Assembly (NCBI GenBank): GCA_024137785.1
Contig: JAHRHZ010000004.1
Span: 11,418,393 to 11,482,392 of the forward strand
Reading direction: 5' to 3'
Source of the DNA: Ginglymostoma cirratum
Taxonomy: Eukaryota
DNA: 64,000 bases
In this document: positions 50,480 through 62,620 of the stretch, piece after piece
Layout of the letters: the number at the start of each line of letters is the position of its first letter
Position numbering within the stretch: the stretch's first letter is position 1
Position numbers and translations under genes: made by a program
The notes under the pieces: generated by a model
The model's database searches: none
What the model saw: the letters and a program-made list of their open reading frames with translations, nothing else
What the model was told of the DNA's origin: nothing

Positions 50480-50860
50480 CAGACTTAGAGGGAAGAATTG
50501 TATTCTGAAGAAAGGAATTGGACAGGATCAGGCTGATCTTTGAGACTTGGAGATCTGAAAAATACGGGAAGACAACTATTCTGCCTTGAAAGTTTATTAT
50601 TAGATATAAGGTAGTAAATGTTATGGAAAAGACAGATCCAGAAGTTAGCTTTAAATTGTGAATAGGACATGATGACATGATACAGAAAATGGTCAATTTA
50701 GGATAAATATGAAGTTTTGTTCACACGAGTGATCAGAATTAAGAATAGAATAATCAAGGCAGAACCTTGGAATCTTCGGAAAATAATTGAATGTCATGAT
50801 GAGAAGCTCACTTGATCTTTCTGGATGAACGAACTAAGTTAAGCCAAATGACCTCCCTCA
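50480..50860 (+). mobile_element. Ancient CR1 3' remnant
   Basis: Degenerate CR1 C-terminal and tail organisation ending GCCAAATGACCTCCCTCA. Confidence 0.4.
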
Positions 50861-51068
50861 ACCATTTTGAAGTGATGATTATGACTTGTGGAAAATATGG
50901 GTCTTAATAAAATTGGATAGATGGAAAGGACAGCAACAGAATCATTTTGGTTCTGTTATTCCACAGCATCAGGATTCCAGTTTTTTGTTTTATTTTTAAG
51001 TTTGCAAATGTGATGTTCAGTACAAGTTATGTTGAAATAGTTTGTTCAACTTGGAAAGTTTTTGTATT

Positions 51069-51660
51069 AGAGTCATAGAGATATACAGCATGGAAACAGA
51101 CCCCTCGGTCCAACTCGTCCATGCTGACCAGATATCCTAAATTAATCTAGTCCCATTTGCCAGCATTTAGCTCATATCCTTCTAAACCGTTCCTATTCAT
51201 ATATTCATCCAGATGCCTTTTAAATGTTGTAATTATACCAACCTCCACCACTTCCTCCATACACACACTACCCTTTGCGTGAAAATGTTGCCCCTTATGT
51301 CCCTTTTTAAATCTTTCCCCTATCACCTTAAACCTATGCCCTCTAGTTTTGGACTCCCCCACCCTGGGGAAAAGATATTGCCTATTTACCCTATCCACGC
51401 CCCTCATGATTTTATAAACCTCTACAAGGTCACCCCTCAGCCTCCAATGCTCCAGGGAAAATAGGCCCAGTCTATTCAACATCTCCCTATAGCTCAAACA
51501 CTCCAACCCTGGCAACATCCTTGTAAGTCTTTTCTGAACACTATCAGGTTTCATAACATCCTTCCTATAGCAGGGAGACCAGAAATGAATGCAGTATTCT
51601 AATAATGGCCTAACCAATGTCCTGTACAACTGCAACATGACCTCCCAACTCCTATACTCA
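51069..51660 (-). mobile_element. Young CR1 (HER1-like) LINE, 5'-truncated
   Basis: Open 163-aa ORF 51147-51638: LYRTLVRPLLEYCIHFWSP...RLGLFSLEHWRLRGDLVEVYKIMRG...KTRGHRFKV; 3' tail at 51069-51146. Confidence 0.9.
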
Positions 51661-53582
51661 ATTAATATAATATCTCACTGCATCCTCAGGATCCAACAAC
51701 TTTTATTTGGGCGGTGCCTTTGTTGTAATTATTTCAAGGTGCTTCCCAAGAGCATTATAAAACAAATGAGGAGCAGGCCTGAGGGCTAAATAGTCTACTC
51801 TTGCCCCTAGTTTTTGTGTTTCCTACAATACGATACAGCAAATAACATAAGAAGAAATTGGACTCTTTATTTCATGCCCCACTTTGAGCATTTCAGTGGG
51901 TTGGGGAGGGATGTCAAATTGGTCGTGAGTCTTGGCTTCCATCTTTCTTCCTCCAGCTGAGCTCACCTCCATAAAGGGGTGCGGGTGGGTGTGAGGATGG
52001 TAGTGTCCAGGTACTAAAATCAACAGTCCAAACCGCTGTATGGAAATAAATGATTAAGTGTCAATTTAGCTTGTTAATACCTTAATTGACCCCAGCATCA
52101 CTCTGCCCAGACCATCACATGTTTGTTGTGGATAGTAGCAAGAGAGTGGGCGGTGCGTGCTCTTAAGTTTTTAAAATGGTAAGTGGGATGTAAGTTACAA
52201 TTTGAGGGTGCCCTTTGCCCGTGAGGGGCTGTCCCCAAGAAGAAAGCATCTTCTCCTTCCTTCCTACTCACTTTTTTACTTCAAAACCCATCTCTCTCCC
52301 TAAAGAAGGAGCAGCCTTCCCACTCCTCCACTGATAGAATGCCCTGAAGTAGACAATTGATGCCCTCTTAAGGGCCTCATTTCACTGTGGCTAGCATTAA
52401 CTCAATGGCAGGAAGGAGTTCTCACATCGTGGTGAGTTTGATAAAGAAACCCTGCCATGTTTGGTTGGAGTAACCAAGGAGGAGAAGGTCACTTTTCCTA
52501 TGGCATTCAGTGCCCCAATTAGGGGATCCAGCACTGGGAGGGTGGGCCTACTCTAGTACTCTACTGACCGCCCCCCTTCCCAAAACCCACCTTCAACCCT
52601 CACACACCTGTATTAAGATTCCTCCTTGACCTAAGATCTTGAGTGGATTTCCTACCAGGGATACCCATTGCCTGCCCCGTAGCAGTGCTGTGTTCAGAAG
52701 ACCTCCTGGCCACTGTTTGGAATGGCAGTTCTCAGTAGATGGAGCCAAGCCCCATTACCCTGGGGTCTCTGAACCTGGGAATATCTGCCCCCTGCCAACT
52801 GAGTGCCTGAGTGGCATGGGATGCAAGCATCTCAAAAACAGGCAATACAGCGGTTTCACTGGGTCTCTCGTGGTAGATGTGACCCACATCACCTTCTCAT
52901 GTAAACACATGAGCAAGGAACAACAGTAGGCCACTCAGCCTTCAAGTCTGCTCCACCAGTCAATAAGATGATCTTTTTGCCCACATTCTCGCCAATGGAC
53001 AACAATCCCCCAGTACTACACTTGCATCATTAAATATCTGCATTGTGTGCTCAAAAGTGTGACTTTCCCAACTAATGCTGCTCTAGTGTTGTTAAATATA
53101 GTGTACATGAGGCAAGGGAATGTGTACATTGCATTGACTGTCTATCTCCCTCCTGATTTCCTGTGAAAAAAAAATTCTAGGCCAGTGAGAACCAACAAAT
53201 GATCCCAAGAAGGGAATTCAGTGGCAGAGCCTCAAGCCAGACTCCCACGGGCTCACAGTTGACATAGCTGTGCTTCAAGGCTGTGTTTCAGCAACTTCAA
53301 ATATTTTTGTAACTTTGTGCTCATCAAACTAAGGTCAAATTAAAAACAAAACAATTTTCACAGCATTTGGCGTTCCTGGCTTAGGTATAAAGTAGATAGA
53401 TAGAAAATCTCATTTTCCTACCCAGAATGCATTAAACCTGACGTTGGAGGACCCCAAGAGTTGAAATGTGATGCTGTCCAATTGCCCACAACATTACGCA
53501 GTAGCCTCTCCTGTTGGAGACTATTTTGTGTGCAAACTTTGAAACTTTACTGCTCACATAATGTGAGACGAAAGGAATCCTT

Positions 53583-53805
53583 ACAGAGTCAGAGGGTAAT
53601 ACAGCACAGAAGTAGACCTTTTGGTCCAAACAGTCCATGCTGACCATAATCCCAAAATAAAATAAGCCCCACCTGCCTGTGCTTGATCCATACCTCTCCA
53701 AACATTTCTTATTCATGTACTTATCCAAATGTCATTTAAAAGTTGTAACTGTACATGTATCCACCACTTCCTCTGGAAGTTCATTCCACACACAGACCAC
53801 TCTCT
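53583..53805 (-). mobile_element. CR1 LINE 3' end
   Basis: MDKYMNKKCLERYGSSTGRW in ORF 53432-53728; tail homologous to 51069-51260. Confidence 0.75.
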
Positions 53806-54109
53806 CAATACAAGCCTAGACCTTAGAAACAAAAGAGCAATATTGCTCACCAATTACCTGAGGCTCACTATCATGCTCAATTTTATTTTGTAAATCAGCA
53901 TTTAAGATTCCAACTACAACCACTGACAACAGTTCTATGCATAACAACCAGCTGGCTGATTATTTTATTGGAGGGAAAGATTAAGTGGTTAACTTTTGCT
54001 ATGAGACTTACTACTTCATGTATCTCCACTGGTTGAAATAAACTGGGGACAAAAGCAATGGTTTTGTTTGTTGTGTGTAGATTAGGAAGCAGTTCTTAGT
54101 GGTAAAGAG

Positions 54110-54560
54110 ACTAGCAGCATCTGCTGTTTGCTTACTGTATGGCTGTTTGTCTCACACCGCCAGACCTATTGATGTCAAGTGTGCTGTTCAACATAATGAA
54201 ATTGTGTTTGAAACCCACAAGCAATTAACAGGGAGTAATTAGCCCTGAATTATAATTTAAGTGGTTGATCTTTGCTTAAACCCTTGTAAAAGCTGGTGCC
54301 ATTATCTGATTATGCATTGATCGCGAAGGTTAACACTGTCCTAAGGTAATTTTCCACTTGCTGTAAACTTTAAATATACAATTGTTTTAATATTCAATGC
54401 CTCTCATTAAGCACAGTGAAGTTTCATCATCAGTAGGCTTGTTACAATGCCACTAATGAGCTTCACATAAATTTTGCCCTACAGCATGAAGGCCAAGGCT
54501 TTGCACGCTTCTCACTGTCTCAACAGAAAGTGCAATTCCTTATAGCGATGGTTTCCTGAA
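54110..54560. promoter_or_regulatory. Candidate CNE / enhancer
   Basis: Repeat-free; dense TAAT/ATTA sites (GCAATTAAC, GTAATTAG, TGAATTATAATTTA, TGATTATGCATTGAT, TCATTAA, CTAATGA); retained TCGCGA. Confidence 0.4.
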
Positions 54561-55599
54561 AGGGTCTTATGTTATCCATTGCAAGACTTCAAAAAGAACA
54601 CATGCAACCTGCGACAATTTTATACATATACATTTCTGTGTTTTCTTCTCATCAATTTTTAAAAGCTTTAACTCTGTCAATTCTGTTGTGTCAAATTCTG
54701 GGGGGAAGTAAAGTCTTGAATCGTTTTTCAGAATGTTTGTGGTGAACATAAAAGACTGGTTCTTGGCTACAAAAGCTGGCTATCAAGTACATTAGTTATG
54801 GAGGACATTTTTAGCCAAAACTAAAGAAGTTGGAAATTTCAAGGCTTTTCTGTTGCTAATTTTCTGTTCTCAGTGAGCAAGATCTTTATTTTATAATAGG
54901 TCCATTATTTTTAAGAACAACATTTCAGTACGTTGCCTAAATAACCATTGGCCATCAGGGATCGTGAAAAATTGGTGACAGTGGAACAGCCACCCTTTGC
55001 ACACTTGTGAGATTTTCCTTTTTATTGAAGTCAAAAGACAATAGATCTATCACTGCTGAAAAAATAAAATCAATTCCACAGTTGAACGGGCAGTTTAACA
55101 CCAAAAGGCAATATTTTTGGATTTTGATCCTGCTTGCACCTCAAGTTCACTTCTCAGTAGTGACCACTTGATCTTTGGTTGGAGATTTGCACTCTTTATG
55201 CGCTCAGTTGAGGCTAAGACCATTTGTTCTGCTCCAAATGCCATCCATTTGAGATAGTTTAACCCAGTAAAGGGCAGGCATTGAACTTGGGTCTATGTGA
55301 TCACTATGGCTTAATTGAAATCTAGATGGTAAATTTACCAATGAAGCCAATCAATATTATTTTTTTAAAAAATGAACCTGAACTCCCAATATTTTAACTT
55401 CAAACCTAGTAGTGCGCCCTCTACTGCACTGATGACACCTCAATCATCCAAAGGTTCCTTTTGAGTGTGAATGCCATTCTACTTACACATTAGTGTAAGT
55501 TTACCTAGTGATCTCATGCCTATCAGAAATTGCTTTTAGTCCACTATGGACAAATTTTGCTTCATATTCTTACTGACAATGGAACTTCAAGAGTGTATT

Positions 55600-55990
55600 C
55601 CCAAGAATGTGAACTAGATTCAAGTTTAAACTCTATAGCATCTACGACAGCTTAACATTATAGTGCAGTATTAGAGAATACTCCACTGTTGAATTTACTA
55701 ACTTTCAGAGAAGAGATAAAACCGAAGTCCATCTGTCCTTTCAAATGGACATAAATGATGTCACGTTACTATTTGAAGAGAGCAGGCAAATTTTCCAGAC
55801 CAATCTTTAACCCTTACTCAACATTGCTAGAACATTATCTAACCATTATCTCATTTCTGTTAGTGGAACCTTGTGTGTGAAACTTGGCTATAACACTTTC
55901 TGTATTTTTCAAAAGTACTTTCTTGGCTGTAAAATGCTTTTTGGGATGTTCAGAGGTCATGCAAGGAGCTTTTTAAATCAAGTCTTGTCC
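55600..55990 (+). mobile_element. DeuSINE-like (SacSINE1/AmnSINE1-related) element
   Basis: GAGATAAAACCGAAGTCCATCTGTCC...GGACATAAATGATGTC...CTATTTGAAGAGAGCAGG resembles the Deu-domain; L2-type tail TCAAAAGTACTT..TTGGCTGTAAAATGCTT. Confidence 0.6.
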
Positions 55991-56159
55991 TTTCCGAATG
56001 GAAGCCAGGTGTTTGAGGCAAAAAGATGGATATGCAAACCTATAAATTATTAACACTCTCCTGCTTAAAATTACCGTATCTGTTCGTTAACATTTCAGTT
56101 TATCCTTAATCTAGATTAATGTATTATTTTCATTGAGTATTTTCTGGTGGATTTAGATG

Positions 56160-56292
56160 TAAAAGGTAATGTTGCCATAGTCTTACCAATCCGCAGGGCT
56201 GCTCCCTCAGTAGAGAGAGAAGACTGGCACTGGTTTAACCAGAGGATCACCACACCTCAGGCAAGGGGAGGGGCTGAGGAGGAGAGCTCTTT
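56160..56292 (-). mobile_element. Short SINE-like repeat (family D), 3' part
   Basis: Reverse-complement similarity to 44280-44400. Confidence 0.6.
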
Positions 56293-57285
56293 ATTTGTTT
56301 GGGATTCTGACATTAGGCTTGGTTTTAAAATTAGCCTTTGAGTAGCTTGAATTGACCTTGCAATGGGTACAAATAATTGGTTTCACTAACAAGGAAACCC
56401 AGTTATGCTGAAGGACAGACTGATAAAGGAGGAGTGCCTCTACAATCTTGGTGATAAAGGACTTTTGCTATCTCATCCATGATGCAAATAGAAGAGTAAC
56501 TCACCGAGTCACATTGTACAAATACCACCTTTGCACTTATAATTGCATTTAGTTACCTGTTTTGACAATAGAAAAGTAGACAGTAACAAGCTGGTGCCAG
56601 TTTTTTTTGTGTAGGTCATCCTGGGTAGAGATTGTGGATTACAGGAACATTAGTGATAGTGTCCAACCTCTGATTGAATGTACCACTACCCCTGTAGCAC
56701 TTAGCACCCACTGGAGTTCACAGGTAATTTAGAGATTCATTTCCTGTTGAATAATACTGCTTTCTTTCTCTTCCTGTCCCAATGTCACCCCACTCAACTC
56801 CCCTCCTTCTCAAACACATTGGCTTTTCTACCAGTACAGTCCTTTATTTCCCCTAATATGCTGCAGCCCTCCATCTATTTGACATTTTCCACGTGTACAT
56901 AAAAACGAAAGCTATTTTTACCATGGGAAGCATCAAATGTAGTTCTCATCGCCATCTACTAGCCTACTTTCTAAGCAGAGTTGCTTGTTTGCAATTAAGA
57001 GTGGGAACTCTAACTGGTTTCCTTTTTATTTCTTTTTCAAATTGTTTCTGTTGCCACTTCCCCTGTAATTAGGAAAACTCAGCACAGAAATAAATGCCTA
57101 CCCTCTTAGGCAAGTCTGGATGCCAGGGTGGGTCATTCGATCGGATGGGCGGCTAGCAGGTGAATATGCCACTGATTCCCACTTCCAACCTGATTAAGTC
57201 TAGGCCAAGATAACCTAGAGGCAGCCTTCCTGACTTTCAGCCAACCAAATCCTCCTAAGTGGGCAATTAATGGTTAATTAATGCC

Positions 57286-57555
57286 TGGTAGCATGGAACT
57301 TAAACATTGCTACAAGGAGACTAGAAGTTGAAGCTTTGTTTTTGCTTCCATCAGAAGTAGGACACAAGAAACAGACCGGAAATAGGATATGCCATTTTAT
57401 ACAGGATGAGAAGAGGGTGCTGATTGGTTGAAATGTAATTAGCTTGGAGATGAGCCAAGAACAGTTAACTGTCAATCTTATTTCTGAGACCAGACAGGTA
57501 GATATCGATTGGTCAGGGTGTTGCCATGAGAATGCAGCAGATTTTGGCTGTCTCC
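57286..57555 (-). mobile_element. Family-4 repeat (Penelope-like terminus)
   Basis: Homologous to 43085-43365; minus strand has eroded CUGAUGG...AAAGCUUC. Confidence 0.55.
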
Positions 57556-59044
57556 ATGAACTCTATTTTTGAGAAAGGTGCAATGTATGTACAAATTCCT
57601 TTTGCCCAGATAAAACAGGGTCCTGAGTATTTAAGTATGTAGATCTAGCACACACAAATACATCATAGAGCAGGCCAAGCTGATGATCTTAAACTAGGTT
57701 CTGGTATAACTCTTTACACAATTTGGATTATTGAATAAGTAATTTCCATAATCACAACTAATGGTGGATTAACTTTTCTGAAGCTTGTGGGCATGGCTGA
57801 GCAGAAGCAGCATGCTGCCAACTGTGAATGATCAATGACATGTCTTGTTTGAGATTATCTGCCAATCATTGGGATGGACAGTCTAAATATCTGGCATCAC
57901 ACTGGCACTGAAACTCATATATACCGTAACTCAGTTGCGTGGTAGTCAAAACATACTTTTGGCTTGATGTCTGCATGCTGATAGTGGAGAAAGCCTCTTG
58001 TGGATTTGCTGCATGAGGCAACTAGCTTGTTCAAAGTTTTGAAACATTGTCGACTTCTGGAGTCACTGGAGGTAGACTGGGCACTGCTCAAGTTCATTTT
58101 CATTAGTTTTTGTGGTATACAATGAGTGATTATTTGATCAGAACATCAGGTGTCGCGCAGGATGATTTTGATATGGTGTATCTCAACGTCAAGCTTCAAC
58201 AGTAAGCAGCTAGCTTAGAGCCCTTTTCATGAGCTTATCAATAAGAATAATCTTGTAGTGTGTGGAACTCTATGTGTATATTGACTGGCAAATGCAAGCT
58301 TTTGGTTGAAAATAGCTGATAATCCATTGCCCAACTTTTCAACCAATCCATTAAGGAAGGGGAGCTGATTTGACAGCTCCATTTCAATGATGATTCAACA
58401 GCAGGATGGAGTTTCTTAAGCTGTGTCAAGAAAATCTTTGATTGAAGTATCGAAAATGTGTTGGCTACGTAACAAGATGTGCAAGGGATAGGAGGTTAAA
58501 GGTCTTTCCATCAAAAAATCTGCTACTTATGGTAACCAACAAGGATTTTAGCAAGAACTGGGTCTAAAGGGAATTCCATGATAATGCTACCTATTTAGGT
58601 GTAAATAGCGTCCACTGACTAAATCATATGGTTTTTATACTTCACGTTATTTTGAGTTATCTACATGTTTTGTGTTTTTGATTATTTCTGAGCTCATCAA
58701 GATGACAATTATTAGCACTGCAAACAGAACTTATGTCAGATGTCAGCATCGAGCATCCCCCCAATCAACTATCGCATGGTCAAATGCAGAATAAGGCAGA
58801 TTTTATAATGAGTGTTAAACAGCATTATCAGGAATTTATGGTAATTGCATTCACCAAAATGCTAGAAATAGCACAGAAAGGAAATTCAACCACCTGGGGC
58901 TTTAATATCATTGGAGTGTGCCTATGGTATGACTGAGCTTAATAAATCCATATGCTTTTTCCTGGTTGTCTATTCGACTTTGTGAATTAGACTGAAAATT
59001 GGGGGTTGAGTTAAGCTAAAACTTGCAAAACGAATTTCTGCGAG

Positions 59045-59145
59045 CTCTTTGAGAAACTAACATCCCAAGTGGACAGTAGAAAGCCACATTATGTGGTGTA
59101 GCCCCTTAGATTTACAAAAAGCCTTTGATAAAGTCCCTCATTTAG
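59045..59145 (+). mobile_element. CR1 RT fragment
   Basis: FEKLTSQVDSRKPHYVV and LDLQKAFDKVPH, matching the D.VYLDFQKAFDKVPH motif. Confidence 0.65.
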
Positions 59146-59445
59146 CTGTTATTAGAACGGAAAGCGGTGGCAACTCAAAATCTAACTAGGATGAGGGGAA
59201 TTGCTGAAGACAGCAGTGCTATTTGCTATTTACAACTCAGGCTGTGAGGAGGAGAAGCACCAAGTGAATTAATAAATAAGGGTAAATACCAATGGGCCAG
59301 CAAATCTCAATTGCAGTATGACAGCAGGTAGAGCACGTCCAAGAGGAATGTTGGGTTCAGTCCAAAGTGGGATGCATTGCCTGGGGAAAGCAAGATCCCA
59401 CCTGACACCACCACCTCAGAGGTAGCATACTCAGGCAATAAATAA

Positions 59446-59705
59446 CCGGAACCAAAACAGAAATTGCTGGGAAAAATCGGCAGGTCTGGCAGCATTCGTG
59501 GAGAGAAAGCAGAGTTAACATTTTGGGTCCAGTGACCCTTCTTCAGAACTGGATTCTACAGAACGGTTCTGAAGCAGAGTCACTGGATCCGAAAAGTTAA
59601 CTCTGATTTCTCTCCACCAATGCTACCAGACATGCTGAATTTTCCCAACAATTTCTGTTTTTGTTTCTGATTTCCAGCATCTGCAGTTCTTTTGTTTTAC
59701 TTTTG
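59446..59705. mobile_element. Fold-back Penelope-like terminus, family 2
   Basis: Arms about 59446-59551 and 59565-59670; minus strand AGUU-CUGAAGA-AGGGUC[ACUG]GACCC-AAAAU-GUU-AACU; plus strand CUGAAGC-AGAGUC[ACUG]GAUCC-GAAAA-GUU. Confidence 0.8.
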
Positions 59706-60156
59706 TTAAATGAATTATAGGAATGGAATTATTGTGAAAGGATATTGTGGGGAATTGCATAAGCTAATTATCTGTTTATTGCCTGAACAGCATTACTCCT
59801 GACAAGAGCTTTTTTAAAAAAAAGATTGTGACTAAGTTATTAATTCTAAGTCAAGATGCTTTAGAAATCAGGGCTGGAAGTGGCCTGAGGTAAGGGTCAA
59901 GTTGGAAATTGGAAGCAGCAATGGTACAAGTTGCCTTCTGCTTTTTCATTGACTTTCTATGTAAGATCCCCCACACCCACTTCCCTCATTGTAGTTTATT
60001 TTTCTTTTCTCTCTCATTTGGCTAAATATTGGAAAGGCATATTGCCTCACAGGCATCTTCCAATGCTCTCTTCTCTCATCTCTCCCCTTAACTGTGTCTG
60101 AAAAACATCCCCAGAGAGTGTTCATTTATACAAGTGTAGAAAACTATAGCAGCTTT

Positions 60157-60487
60157 GGGGTGGCATGGTGGCTCACAGAGTCAGAAATCCAGGTTTGATT
60201 CTAGCCTTAGGAGACTGTCTGTGTAGAGTTTGTATATTCTCCCCGTGTCTTTGTGGGTTTCTGCTGGGTGCTGCAGTTTCTGCCCACAGTCCATAGGTGT
60301 GCAGGGTTAGATGGATTGGCCATGTTAAATTGCCCATATCGTCCAGGGATGTGTAATTTAGGTGGATTAGCCATGGGAGATGCAGGGTTTTCGGGATAGG
60401 GGGTGAGTCTGGGTGCAATGCTCTTCACAGATTCAGTGTGGACTTGTTGGGCCAAATGGCCTGTTTCCACATTATAGGAATTCTGTG
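60157..60487 (+). mobile_element. HE1/V-SINE-like SINE
   Basis: GGGGTGGCATGGTGGCTCA start; TGTAGAGTTTGTATATTCTCCCCGTGTCT...GGGTTTC V-domain; GGGCCAAATGGCCTGTTTCCAC tail. Confidence 0.85.
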
Positions 60488-60936
60488 AAGTTACAATACA
60501 GAAACAAACCATTTGGTCCAGCCAGCCTATCATTCAGCAATTTAATTACACGTTCAAACTGTAGTTCAAACTACATTTACTAATATTCCTGTAAATCCTT
60601 TTTCTTAATCTGTCCATCAATCTCATCTTGAAAAGTTGACATAACACAGAGAATTCAATCTGGCCAAACATCAACAGGAAACATGATAGCCAAACCCATT
60701 AAATTGTGCAGAAGGTTGAGTATTGATCAACCTGCAGCAGGAAAACCTCCCATGATTTTTAAAAATTGATTCATTCATGGGATATGGACTCATTGGCTTG
60801 GTCAGTATTTATTACCCATCCTTAATTGCTCTTGAGAAAGTGGTGGTGAGCCACCATTTTTAACTGCTTTGGTCCATGTGGTTTATGCACACCCGGAGCG
60901 ATATTAGGATTAAGACAGAGCTGGAGGTATCTGGAT

Positions 60937-61525
60937 GGGCGGAATTTTCCCACTTGTTGTGGGATGTCAGGCTTATTAGTGAATTCATTGGCGGATTGTT
61001 GGTTAAATGGGAGTCGCACCATTCTCCTATGCCTCCGTAAGGCTGGGTTTGCCTGTGATCTCGGCAGGGAGTCGGGAGTCCTCCTTCACAAACAGCCAGC
61101 GTCTGATTGAGGGACCCATTGTCAGCAAGACAGAGAAAGCCACAGTTGTCCCCTTGCCTCCGAACCCTGATGCCCTTACCTTGCAGCGACCACCCCCCCC
61201 CCAACTCCCTTGACCCCCACTCGCTTCATCACCTGTGTCCAGTGATCAACACTAATCCATGGTAAAATCTTTGGAATGTTACTAACATCAGCCATTGCTC
61301 CTGGTGGTGATGTTGCAATGAACAATTGTCAGCCTCTAAGTAACCAGCAGATTTCAGAGGTATTTCTACCCCCTGGGGTCTCAATTCCTACAGAAGGCCT
61401 CAGCTTAGCTCGTGAAAGGATGAATTGTCTACTTAATTTGGTAAGGCCCGCCACCTCCCATCAATAGAAGCGGCAATAGTTCTCTAACCAATGGGCAAGT
61501 GTCCTGTGACCCACATTAACCCTGG
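60937..61525. mobile_element. Harbinger-like MITE remnant
   Basis: Starts GGGCGGAATTTT like the 4094-4900 TIR; shares internal CTTAATT..GTAAGGCCCGCC-type motifs with similar blocks (about 20440-20915, 51870-52890, 63495-63870). Confidence 0.4.
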
Positions 61526-61739
61526 TCATTGATACTGCTTCAACCACCGCATCTGGAAGTCAGTTCCACTACCTCACAACAATCTCTGCAGGGACGTTTC
61601 TCCTACATTCTGTTCTGAATATTTATATTCCATTTTACACAACTCTCCCCTCATTTGCGACTCCTCAACTCCTGACATTTCTCTCCTCAAACTTTCTGAC
61701 TTGCTGTTATGATAAACCACACTTGCTCAGTTGAATCTT

Positions 61740-61920
61740 TTCTTTATTCATTCACGGGATGTGGGCGTCACTGGCTAGGTCAGCATTTATTGCCCATCGC
61801 TAAATGCCCAGGGGGTAGTTGAGAGTCAACTACGTTGCTATAGGTCTGGAGTCACAAGTAGGCCAGACTAGGTAAGGAAGGCAGTTTCCTTCCCTAAAAG
61901 ACATTAGTGAACCTGATGGG
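61740..61920 (-). mobile_element. Family-B SINE, 3' half
   Basis: TTATTCATTCACGGGATGTGGGCGTCACTGGCTAGGTCAGCATTTATTGCCCATC...GGTCTGGAGTCAC. Confidence 0.8.
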
Positions 61921-62189
61921 GCAATGGAGCCTATTTAGTGTATCTGATTTTTACTGCGACCAGGTCCTACATATTCTCTCCTGTTGTCCTTCCCCTCATG
62001 CACGTCCGCCACCCTTCTCAACTGCTATCCTGGGTGAGTTCCTTAGCCCTTTGGCTAATCAGAATACTAACTTGTTTGATAGATTGAAGTTAGACAAAAA
62101 TAAAATGTCTTTCTATGTTTCCTCTCTCCCCACGCTTTCTGGATGCATGTTGTGCCAGGGATTGGGAGGAATTAAGCAGAAAATATCTT

Positions 62190-62620
62190 AATAACCATTT
62201 CAACAGCAGAGCCCCTGTTCATGGGTGAGCAATATTTTGTCACAGTGAAAGCAAGCCAATTTTCTAATCACTCTGTTAATGCTCAGCCTCATTTGTTTTA
62301 GTGCTGATGGTTTAGTCATGTTTTCAGTGTCCCGCACACAGTGATCGAACACCTCGTCTCAATTTATTGCCGTCAGGCTCGGGTGAGTAACAAAAGGCAG
62401 ATTGTTCGCTTGCCCTTACCCTGAAGAAGCTTAGGAACATTTTTCTCATTTTTGAATGGCTAAAATCTTGCAAAGTTGCATAATCTCTTTAGTTAAAGCT
62501 TCATGTGGAAGCTTTAGGTATTGACGCTTATTGCCCGACAGGATTCCTGTGAGGCTTTTATTTTTCATGTCAAATATTTCTTGCTAAACCTGAGAAATAT
62601 ACAATAGTTTGTTTTCAGCT
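62190..62620. promoter_or_regulatory. Candidate CNE / enhancer
   Basis: Repeat-free, CpG-retaining block with TAAT, CAATTTATTG (posterior Hox/Cdx-like), AACAAAAG and ATTGTT (Sox) sites. Confidence 0.3.

Noticed and set aside
51147-51638. 163-aa ORF as a host gene
   Set aside because: It is the C-terminus of a 5'-truncated CR1 ORF2.
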